A stretch of DNA of 64,000 bases from a virus (Duplodnaviria > Caudoviricetes), in the IMG/VR virus record IMGVR_UViG_3300024246_000002, positions 610-64,609 of that record; one strand, 5' to 3'. The notes under the pieces were generated by a model, which was not told the origin of the DNA, searched no databases, and was given only the letters and a program-made list of their open reading frames with translations. Positions within the stretch are counted from its first letter, which is position 1. Every line of letters begins with the position of its first letter. This document shows, piece after piece, positions 19,811-27,341 of this stretch. A program made the translations under genes and the position numbers.

Positions 19811-20367
19811 TATTTAACCCTCAAGGTTTGACCGTTGTCCTGCATAATCGCGTTGAACTTTTTGATGAAGTCGTTCTTGTTCTTGGCTGGAGCCACCGAG
19901 CCGATAGCCGCTTTCATCGCCGCTGGAACTGGCGCAGGCTGGAGCTTGTTGCGGATGCTGTTCAGCGTGGAGATGAGCAACGCCAAGCCGAGCTTTGCCG
20001 CCGAGAGGATTGCCGAGGGGATGCTGATGGGCAGCGCGGCGAGAGCTTGTGTGAGTCCACCGGAGAGCGCGTCGAGCGTGGCGATTACCTTGTCGAGCCG
20101 GGTTACTTGCGGGTCTGTGGAGTGCCGGTAGAGGTTGATCGCGTTCTGCACAGCGGCCCACAGGTTGTCTACCGTGGTGGCAATGGCCGTGAACGGGCCG
20201 TCCACGATAGCCGCAATGCCGTCGAACGCTGCGAGTCCTACCGGCACCCACGTAACCAGGTTGTCGAGAGCGCTGCACCCTTCGAGTGATACTGACGCAC
20301 CAGCGAGAGCGAGTCCTGCCGCACCGCCTACCAGATGGCCTCCAAATTCTCTGCGTGATATTCTCAT
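19810..20367 (-). CDS. Tat-exported lipoprotein
   Basis: MRISRREF twin-arginine motif, hydrophobic region, lipobox LEGC. Confidence 0.65.
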   Translation of the reverse strand: MRISRREFGGHLVGGAAGLALAGASVSLEGCSALDNLVTWVPVGLAAFDGIAAIVDGPFTAIATTVDNLWAAVQNAINLYRHSTDPQVTRLDKVIATLDALSGGLTQALAALPISIPSAILSAAKLGLALLISTLNSIRNKLQPAPVPAAMKAAIGSVAPAKNKNDFIKKFNAIMQDNGQTLRVK

Positions 20368-20601
20368 AAAGCTCCTTTGCGTGAAGTATGTACTTCTACT
20401 TGGCCCGGTTCAACAGCAAACTTTCTCACACTCGTTCTCCGCTCGGTGTGCCCCGGTTACTGCGCTAATCCTGAACATACGTGAGTTAGACCTTGTGGTT
20501 GTCCACATTTCCAGCATGTATTCACTTGGCACCTCCTTTCAGCCACTTCGCATATAGCGCCCCCAACCTCCACAGCAGCATCGCCCAGCCGGTCAAGGTT
20601 C

Positions 20602-20985
20602 TCACTTTGCCTCCAATTCGTGATTCACTACGATTAGCGCCGAACGCCGGCCGCCTTTTTCTACGCTGTAATTCGCGTTTGCGTGAGTCCTCTGCTGTAG
20701 TTGGAAGTCAATCGGCAATCCTGTAAGGTGTCGCCCATAATCTGAGAATACGATGCAGAGTGCTCGCCACTTCGCGTTACCGTGAGGGTTCGCTGGGTCG
20801 CCTAACTGCATCGCTTTCCACGCCTCATCATCCAGCATCAGCCGCACGTCCACATCGCGCCAGTGCGTCGTTTTCTCTGTGGTGAGCGAGGAGCCAACGT
20901 GGTACGCAACCTCTCCGCCGAACGCATCGCGCAGACGCTCGCCGAACTCGTTCAGCAGCATCCCTTGTGGCTGGCCGATGCTCAT
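20602..20985 (-). CDS. Minimal nucleotidyltransferase (Pol-beta superfamily)
   Basis: YHVGSSL...RDVDVRL (GS...DxD) and a downstream PIDFQ Asp. Confidence 0.65.
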   Translation of the reverse strand: MSIGQPQGMLLNEFGERLRDAFGGEVAYHVGSSLTTEKTTHWRDVDVRLMLDDEAWKAMQLGDPANPHGNAKWRALCIVFSDYGRHLTGLPIDFQLQQRTHANANYSVEKGGRRSALIVVNHELEAK

Positions 20986-21740
20986 TGCGGCACCTCAGGC
21001 TGTGGCTTGGGCACGCAATGCGGGTATCCACCTAGACCTACTGCTCGCACATCGCGCCAAGTGCCGCCAATCCTTTTGCACCCCGCTTCATCAGGCGCTA
21101 ATCCGGGCGTGAATACTGAACCTTGTGGCGCGGACTGTGGCTTGGGAGCGGCGGCGGGCCGACATCCGTTGAGGCAATAAAATTCCGTGAGGCCCATATC
21201 GTCTTTACAGCCTTCGCACCTGAACAAGTGCGGCTTGCTTACCTTGGCGGCTTCCTTTTCAGGGCATACGCCTGTAACTTTTTTGTTTACTAAATCCACA
21301 TGGAGATTCTGATATATCCATCCTTCCTTTAAGAACTGCACTTCAAAGGGGGTCTCGTGAGGGCGCGCCTTGCTCCCCTTGCTTGGCTTCGGGGCGGGGG
21401 CGGATGGCCACACTTGCTGGACCCATCCCGATGAATCTCCCTCTAATACACCCATGCCACTTTTGCCCAAAGAGCGTAACTGTTTGATAATGGCATCTGA
21501 AAGAAGTGTAATACTCTCATCGGAAAGTGGGACATTGCATGTCACAACCCCACCGCTTGCCATACATACGGCTTGCTTTCCAGCTAGGGGATAGTCCTTC
21601 ATCACTGGCGGCTTCGCTGCGTCGATCTTGGCTTGCTCGGCGCGGCCCGCCCTGCGCTCCATCGGCACTCGTATGATTCCCATCGCACTAGAAAGCAGTA
21701 GCAGCCCAAACAACCATCTAATTTTCTCCCTGTCGCTCAT
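20982..21740 (-). CDS. Hypothetical protein with N-terminal TM segment
   Basis: 252-aa ORF with ATGA overlaps on both sides. Confidence 0.5.
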   Translation of the reverse strand: MSDREKIRWLFGLLLLSSAMGIIRVPMERRAGRAEQAKIDAAKPPVMKDYPLAGKQAVCMASGGVVTCNVPLSDESITLLSDAIIKQLRSLGKSGMGVLEGDSSGWVQQVWPSAPAPKPSKGSKARPHETPFEVQFLKEGWIYQNLHVDLVNKKVTGVCPEKEAAKVSKPHLFRCEGCKDDMGLTEFYCLNGCRPAAAPKPQSAPQGSVFTPGLAPDEAGCKRIGGTWRDVRAVGLGGYPHCVPKPQPEVPQ

Positions 21741-21937
21741 GATTGGCCCTTTCGTTCTCGCATAGATACGGCAATCTTAGCTACGCTGTCTAGAAAAGAG
21801 GCACACTGCTTTTTGGGCAGTTTTGCAAGCTCTTCGGCGGAAATGGTTATCGTAAGTTGCGCGTCCATCCCCTGAATTTCAGGCAGAATCTTCAAGAGAT
21901 TGCGAATCTTTTCAGCGTTTACCTTGTGCTCGTTCAT
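21737..21937 (-). CDS. Hypothetical protein
   Basis: ATG at 21937 overlaps the methyltransferase stop. Confidence 0.45.
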   Translation of the reverse strand: MNEHKVNAEKIRNLLKILPEIQGMDAQLTITISAEELAKLPKKQCASFLDSVAKIAVSMRERKGQS

Positions 21938-22455
21938 TCGGACTTCCTTTCCGGCTGGCTCGCGGCACGTGCCGACTTCATAAAAACAATCCAGTGCGTC
22001 TTTGCCAGTTTGCCGCATCGCTGACCGAATAGCGGACGCTCCGGCGTGAGCGCGAGAATCTGTGACACGGGGATATCCTGCTCATTCCACTTGAACACAA
22101 GCACACCATTGGGACGCAAGACGCGGAAGCACTCGCTAAATCCCTTGCGCAACATCTCGCGCCAATCTCCTTCTAGTCGCCCATACTTCCTTGCCTGCCA
22201 GCCGTTCTTGCCTGCTCGCGTAGTGAGATGCGGCGGGTCGAAAACCACCAGCCAGAAAGTCTCATCTGCGAACTGCATCGCCGCGAAATCGCCCATTACA
22301 TCCGGCTTTACCACCAGCGAACGATGGCCGTGCTTGCTTGTGCGGTCCTTTAGCAAAAACGAGGCCTCGCGGTTGTCCATGAACACCACACGCTCATCCT
22401 CACGGTCAAACCAAAACATCCGTGAGCCACATGCCGCATCCAGAACTGGCTTCAC
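21934..22455 (-). CDS. SAM-dependent DNA methyltransferase (small phage type)
   Basis: VLDAACGSRMFWFD SAM-binding motif, VVFDPPH catalytic motif, GVLVFKWNE. Confidence 0.8.
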   Translation of the reverse strand: MKPVLDAACGSRMFWFDREDERVVFMDNREASFLLKDRTSKHGHRSLVVKPDVMGDFAAMQFADETFWLVVFDPPHLTTRAGKNGWQARKYGRLEGDWREMLRKGFSECFRVLRPNGVLVFKWNEQDIPVSQILALTPERPLFGQRCGKLAKTHWIVFMKSARAASQPERKSE

Positions 22456-22727
22456 TCGCTCCCTCCACCGTCCCGCACGGGGCCGCGCTCGGCCTTGCTG
22501 ATGGCTGTATGACAATCGGCAATCAATTCTTGCCACTGGACATAGCTGAACGGCCTGCTGTCAGCCATGCGCTTAACTAGCGCCAGCAACTCATTCCGCT
22601 GGGAACGAAGGCGGTCACGCTCGTCCAGCAGGTCGTCATACTCCGGGCGCAAATCTCGAATATATTCCTCTGAGAATCCGGCTTCGCGTAATTCCTGTAC
22701 CGCATCGCGTTCTTCTTGTGTGCTCAT
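22452..22727 (-). CDS. Hypothetical coiled-coil protein
   Basis: ATG at 22727 overlaps the upstream stop. Confidence 0.45.
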   Translation of the reverse strand: MSTQEERDAVQELREAGFSEEYIRDLRPEYDDLLDERDRLRSQRNELLALVKRMADSRPFSYVQWQELIADCHTAISKAERGPVRDGGGSE

Positions 22728-24118
22728 TTCGTCTCCTTCGCTGCGCCGCTGACTGGGGAGTCGGCCAGCGCACGCTCTAGCTCCTTGATTCGTTGCTGGT
22801 ATCCGCAATCCATGTGCTGAACTACTTTCTGCTCGCTGTCGCCCATCCAACCGCTCTCGCAGCGAGGAATCTCTTTCTCGCAAATGCTGCAAATCAACGG
22901 TGAGCCATCGTCGCGGGTCCACGGCTCCCACTTTTCCTTTTCTATCTGCGCTCGCGCCGCACGCTCGGCCTCTCGGCGGATGGCGATGGCAAATCTTCCG
23001 ATAACCCGCAATGTCTCGTCATAATCATCCAAGTCACGAAGCACAACCCAAAGGTTTTCTGCTTCGCCCAATACGTCCTCGCTTGTTGGCTCCGCTTGGA
23101 TCACTGGCGGCGCGGCGGGCGACTTGCCATGAACCCTACACCAGTAAAGCGGATTGCTCATATGACAGGTGCAGCGTTTCTCGCGGTCTAAATGTATGGT
23201 CAATTCTTCTGGCGATGCCGCTGTCTCCTTCTCCGCTTCTCCGGTGAGCAGGCGATTGATCGCGTCTGCTAGTTTTGGCCAGCGGAATTCCATCCATGCT
23301 GGAGCCAGTCCGCAGGTCACATCGGCCAAATGCCTGAGTGCTTGCCCGGTAAGCTGTGGGCGCGCCGATAGCTGTGACCGCTCGGCTGGCGTGGAGTGGT
23401 GCGGCTCTTTATGACCTTCAGACATTCCGCATATACCGATTCCGGGAGTGAACACTACGCACTCGGGCACCTTCTCCGCTTCTCCGGTGAGCAGGGCCAG
23501 CAACCCTTCCAGCACCTCACGGGCGCTCACATTGCGCTCTCCCTTAACATGCTCAATGGCTAATTCCAAGCTGTCCCTGATCGCCGATAGCTGTGACCGC
23601 TCGGCGCCCTCAACATCCAATTGATGCGAAAGTTGCTCAATCGCGTTCTTCTGGCAATCATGACATTCGCAATCCAGCTTATCCGAGTCATGCTCCCACG
23701 CTGGCCGCTCGGCGCGTTCTCGTTCAGCTTGATACGCTCGCTTCTCCCAAGCGTTGTGTAGCGTGCGCTCAGTTTGTAGCGCGATAGCAAGTTCTTTTGG
23801 CGATGGCGAGTTGCCAACGAAAGTCCCACACACCTGACAATGCATACCCCGCCACGACATTTCGTGCGTCGGGTCTTTTGGACACCTGCGCTCCTCACCA
23901 GAAACCAGCAAGTCTACTTCTCGCCAAAACGTATCGTCCGCTGGCCGCTCGGCTGGCTTCTCGGCGAGGGCGGCGGCCTGTTCAAGCGCAATACTCACCA
24001 GCGCTTCGCATTCTCGCTGTCGTGGGTCGTCAACCTGAAAGAACCATTTCGCTATAGATTCCGCATCTACGCGGTTGCCATTAACTGCTTGCCACTTCAC
24101 GCTCAGTTCTCCGCTCAT
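22724..24118 (-). CDS. Modular hypothetical protein built of short Cys/His domains joined by repeated linkers
   Basis: 464 aa with repeated AERPA, AERSQLSA and LLTGEAEK motifs. Confidence 0.6.
   Translation of the reverse strand: MSGELSVKWQAVNGNRVDAESIAKWFFQVDDPRQRECEALVSIALEQAAALAEKPAERPADDTFWREVDLLVSGEERRCPKDPTHEMSWRGMHCQVCGTFVGNSPSPKELAIALQTERTLHNAWEKRAYQAERERAERPAWEHDSDKLDCECHDCQKNAIEQLSHQLDVEGAERSQLSAIRDSLELAIEHVKGERNVSAREVLEGLLALLTGEAEKVPECVVFTPGIGICGMSEGHKEPHHSTPAERSQLSARPQLTGQALRHLADVTCGLAPAWMEFRWPKLADAINRLLTGEAEKETAASPEELTIHLDREKRCTCHMSNPLYWCRVHGKSPAAPPVIQAEPTSEDVLGEAENLWVVLRDLDDYDETLRVIGRFAIAIRREAERAARAQIEKEKWEPWTRDDGSPLICSICEKEIPRCESGWMGDSEQKVVQHMDCGYQQRIKELERALADSPVSGAAKETK
23228..23953. 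repeat. Three pairs of exact direct repeats inside one CDS
   Basis: 25-nt CTTCTCCGCTTCTCCGGTGAGCAGG at 23228 and 23471; 24-nt CGCCGATAGCTGTGACCGCTCGGC at 23363 and 23582; 15-nt CGCTGGCCGCTCGGC at 23699 and 23939. Confidence 0.85.
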
Positions 24119-24127
24119 CGTTTCACC

Positions 24128-24418
24128 TCACCCTTTCCGCGCCGCCCCGCAGCGTATACAGAATCCGCCTTCAAACTTGTGTTCTGGCCAGCGCAGATAT
24201 TTACCGACTAGCTCTGCGCCTTCCGTTACTTGGGATTCGTACAAGTAAACTACCCAGCACACTGTCACCCTTTCCGCGTCCTCGTCCCTGCGCGACGGCC
24301 CCTCAGGATGTACTAGCGTCGGCAGTTGCCTCGATTTTCTGTCGAGTACCATCTCCGCTCGCTGGAGTGACCCGATGCGACTCACTCCCCTCTGAATGGC
24401 GCTCCCCGTCCTGTTCAT
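24128..24418 (-). CDS. Hypothetical protein
   Basis: 96 aa with a C-terminal H..C..C motif; tight gene packing. Confidence 0.4.
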   Translation of the reverse strand: MNRTGSAIQRGVSRIGSLQRAEMVLDRKSRQLPTLVHPEGPSRRDEDAERVTVCWVVYLYESQVTEGAELVGKYLRWPEHKFEGGFCIRCGAARKG

Positions 24419-24421
24419 GCC

Positions 24422-24844
24422 CTAATTCCTGTAAAACCTCTCCGGCGAGAGAAACCTCTGCTCGATAACTTTCATGTATGTGTATAGCGAACTTTGATTC
24501 GGATTCCACATTTGCAAATGCCAAGACCACCATTGGGAATTTTTCCATTGGGGCCAGCCTAACTGCTCAAGTAGTGCTCCGTTTCCCATATTCGTTCGGT
24601 GGGGCATACTCAGGTTATCCGCACAGCGTATTTCGATGTCAGTGAAAAAGTGGTCAGGGCACGCTGCCGGGAATCCCGGAGGTGCAATGAAAAGAACCGT
24701 GCAGATGTTTTCCCTATACTGCTTGGGAAGATTCACGGACGGAACCACGACCAGATGATGGCCGAAACGACTCTTTTGAAAATGAGTTTGAGGCCAACGA
24801 GTCCTCAGTTGCGCTATACCACTTTCGATGTGTGGATTATTCAT
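24422..24844 (-). CDS. Prokaryotic E2/UBC-like protein (Prok-E2 family E-like)
   Basis: LVVVPSVNLP..Y....TVLFIAPPGFP...PDHF and C-terminal WWSWHLQMWNPNQSSLYTYMKVIEQRF; GGAG RBS. Confidence 0.65.
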   Translation of the reverse strand: MNNPHIESGIAQLRTRWPQTHFQKSRFGHHLVVVPSVNLPKQYRENICTVLFIAPPGFPAACPDHFFTDIEIRCADNLSMPHRTNMGNGALLEQLGWPQWKNSQWWSWHLQMWNPNQSSLYTYMKVIEQRFLSPERFYRN

Positions 24845-24976
24845 TGTTTCTCCAATCGTTGCGAATATTCAAGATGCAGAGTTTATGAGCGTAGGTACCC
24901 GGCGATAAAAAGACTCGCGCACCCGACTTTTTGCAATAGACGCATCGCCGCACCCGCCTTCCTCTACCGCGCTGGG

Positions 24977-25543
24977 TCATGGCTGGCCTCCCCACTGCTC
25001 TGCGAATGCTTCCGCAAGTCCTGGTAGGGTCCGGCTGCGATTCTTCCAGCGGTCAGGGCTTGGAGCCTCGCGCCACACTCTGCCATGCCGTCCGCTCACG
25101 ATGTTCGTTGGCTTCAAGTCAGGCAAACCTTTCTTCCAGATGCAGGTAGCCTTCGTCTCTCCATGCCCGAACATCCACGGCTGCAATATCTGGTCAGGCT
25201 TGCGATATAGCGTACTTAACACGCCGATGGGATTCTCCCCGGCCACTCTCGGTATCGGCCATTCCATCAATCGCTTGAACGCCGCCACGTCTCGGGCCTG
25301 TTCTTTCCGCTTCAAGTGAAACCATCTTGCTCCACTGACCGCCATATTCGTGCAGGGCCAGAAGAAAATCATCAGGTCCCACTTAACCCGCGAGCGCGAC
25401 AGGAAGCTGAACAAGTCGCCAACGATATGATTGGGTCCGGGCCGCTCGCTGTCCAGCAGGTCAACGGAGATGGCATCATGCCCCCGCTCAATGAAGGCAT
25501 CCCGCACAATCCCGCTGAACTCACATCCGATTATGACGTTCAC
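24977..25543 (-). CDS. Compact DNA cytosine methyltransferase-like protein
   Basis: VIIGCEFSGIVRDAF, DLMIFFWPCT (PC motif), ENPIG, QPWMFGH.E.KATC.W, RSRTLPGLAEAFAEQW. Confidence 0.75.
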   Translation of the reverse strand: MNVIIGCEFSGIVRDAFIERGHDAISVDLLDSERPGPNHIVGDLFSFLSRSRVKWDLMIFFWPCTNMAVSGARWFHLKRKEQARDVAAFKRLMEWPIPRVAGENPIGVLSTLYRKPDQILQPWMFGHGETKATCIWKKGLPDLKPTNIVSGRHGRVWREAPSPDRWKNRSRTLPGLAEAFAEQWGGQP

Positions 25544-25598
25544 GCCCCGCTCTCCTTTGCCGCTTTGCTCGGGCCGCCCGCTGCTCGTTCGCCGGTGC

Positions 25599-25832
25599 TC
25601 ATGCAACCTCCAATTCCAAGGCGCGCCCGCATTTGTAAATCCCATCGCGTTCGCTGACGAAGCAATCCATACAGGTGCGCTTGTGTTCTTCCAGCCGCAC
25701 GGCCCGGAACTCTGCGGCAACCTGCGAATCGCATTCCTCTATGTAGCCCGGATCTATCTCACCCTCACGGTCTACGTAGCGCATAACGATTCGCCGAACT
25801 TCCAGCGCCCTTTCCAAGTCTTCACTTGCCAT
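25599..25832 (-). CDS. Hypothetical protein
   Basis: 77-aa ORF in the tightly packed early arm. Confidence 0.4.
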   Translation of the reverse strand: MASEDLERALEVRRIVMRYVDREGEIDPGYIEECDSQVAAEFRAVRLEEHKRTCMDCFVSERDGIYKCGRALELEVA

Positions 25833-26004
25833 CGTCGCTCTCCTCGCTCCCGCCCAGGGCTGCGGCTAGTCGTGGATATTCAAATCCATCGCAACCGCAA
25901 AATTCGTCGTCGCGTAATTCGCATAAGCACTCGTAGGGTTGTTCTTCTGCGTGTGCTTCCCGATCATGCCCGCATACGCAAAGTGCCCGCTTCTCGTCGT
26001 TCAC
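25822..26004 (-). CDS. Small Cys-rich hypothetical protein
   Basis: CVCGH...H...C.C...C.C motif. Confidence 0.45.
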   Translation of the reverse strand: MNDEKRALCVCGHDREAHAEEQPYECLCELRDDEFCGCDGFEYPRLAAALGGSEESDDGK

Positions 26005-26309
26005 TGGGATGCCTCCGCGCCCCGCCCAGCTGGCACTTCCACTTTTTCCAGCTTGTCGATCTCCGCATACATCGCATCGCGGATTAGCTTGCTGTAGCCG
26101 TGAAGTTCCGCAACCTTCTCGCGGTACTTGGCTTCGCGCACCGAAATGATGAGTGCAGTTCCATCGCTAAATGGAAGCGAGTAAAGGCTTTTCAGCGCCT
26201 TGAGTACCTTGCTCGTTTTCGGATTGGTAATGGTCAGCACTTCGCGGTGACACACGCGGCGCTGTGAGCTTTGGTATCCAGTCCATTCACCTTCGATTAC
26301 GTATCGCAT
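26001..26309 (-). CDS. Hypothetical protein
   Basis: ATG at 26309 after GGAGG. Confidence 0.5.
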   Translation of the reverse strand: MRYVIEGEWTGYQSSQRRVCHREVLTITNPKTSKVLKALKSLYSLPFSDGTALIISVREAKYREKVAELHGYSKLIRDAMYAEIDKLEKVEVPAGRGAEASQ

Positions 26310-26396
26310 TCGCTTCCTCCTTTGTTCCACCCCGCCCCCGCCCGAAAACACTTCCTACTTAGCGCAAACCGGGCCGCCTACGTGCCTGAGCTTGTG

Positions 26397-26879
26397 CTAT
26401 CGCCAAGTCTGATGCTTTTCTGCTATGTGTTCATTCCCGTCGTACTCGTCAATTTCGTAGTCCGTTCCATCCGGGATTTCCACGATTCGCAATTCCGCAC
26501 AGCTTCCATTTGCGCTCGGTCCAAGCTCCTCCACGACTTGAACCAGGAGCGGGTTGTGGCGTTCAATCTCTCTTCCATTTGGCAAACTGTGTTTCGAGTG
26601 GCGCTCGTTGTAAGTTTTGAAAAGTCCATCCGGGTCACGGAATGCTTTGCCAATCACTTCGTCGGGATTCGGCACGTCGAAGGCTGAGAACATGCCGAGC
26701 CTGTCGTTCTTCGCCTCCAGTTCTTCGAGCGTGATTGGAAGAAGCACCTCGAAGTCGATTTTCGGCTCTCGCTGGAACACGAAGAAATAGCACTCGCGCC
26801 CGTTCAATTCAGCGAGGCGCTTCACCGCTCGCGGCGATAAGCTGAACCCTCCAAAGCAAGCATTGATTACAACTTTCAT
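26397..26879 (-). CDS. Conserved phage hypothetical protein
   Basis: MKVVINACFGGFSLS...RHNPLLVQVVEELG..ANG..AELRIVEIPD..DYEIDEYDG.E is a widespread phage family. Confidence 0.7.
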   Translation of the reverse strand: MKVVINACFGGFSLSPRAVKRLAELNGRECYFFVFQREPKIDFEVLLPITLEELEAKNDRLGMFSAFDVPNPDEVIGKAFRDPDGLFKTYNERHSKHSLPNGREIERHNPLLVQVVEELGPSANGSCAELRIVEIPDGTDYEIDEYDGNEHIAEKHQTWR

Positions 26880-27002
26880 GTGCGATAGCTCCTGTTTTTG
26901 CATTTACCGGGTTACCCCTAAAAACTCTTCCCGCCCTGAACCCTGCTACAAGAATCCAAATGGGCGGTTCCCTAATCGTCTCCTACCGCCCGCTCCCTCA
27001 TC

Positions 27003-27341
27003 TCATCCATCAACCACGCGATCGTCGCGCCGTCGTTCCGCTCCGGCTTCCGCGCTGTGAGCTTCTGCGCCGTCCACCACACTCGGAGCCTCCGCGTGAA
27101 CAGTTCGGGGTAGTACTGCTCCAGCAGCTTGCACGCCTCCACCAATAAGCTCCGCAAGTTCATAAGGTCGTTCCTCGCGCACTTGCGTCGAGAACTCGAT
27201 CTCGGGGAGGACCGTGTTGAGGATTTCCTCGACGAGGTCTTCGACCGGCGCGTGACGCCCTTGGCCCCTTTGCGCGTCATAGTGCCGCAGCGACTCCCGG
27301 ATTCTCTCGCACTGCGCGCTCGACAATCGGATCTTGGACAT
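27003..27341 (-). CDS. Hypothetical protein
   Basis: 112 aa; overlaps the 3' end of polA. Confidence 0.45.
   Translation of the reverse strand: MSKIRLSSAQCERIRESLRHYDAQRGQGRHAPVEDLVEEILNTVLPEIEFSTQVREERPYELAELIGGGVQAAGAVLPRTVHAEAPSVVDGAEAHSAEAGAERRRDDRVVDG

Noticed and set aside
23228-23953. Direct repeats as a CRISPR array or transposon ends
   Set aside because: There are three different repeat pairs, irregularly spaced and all in frame within a CDS, with no cas or transposase gene.
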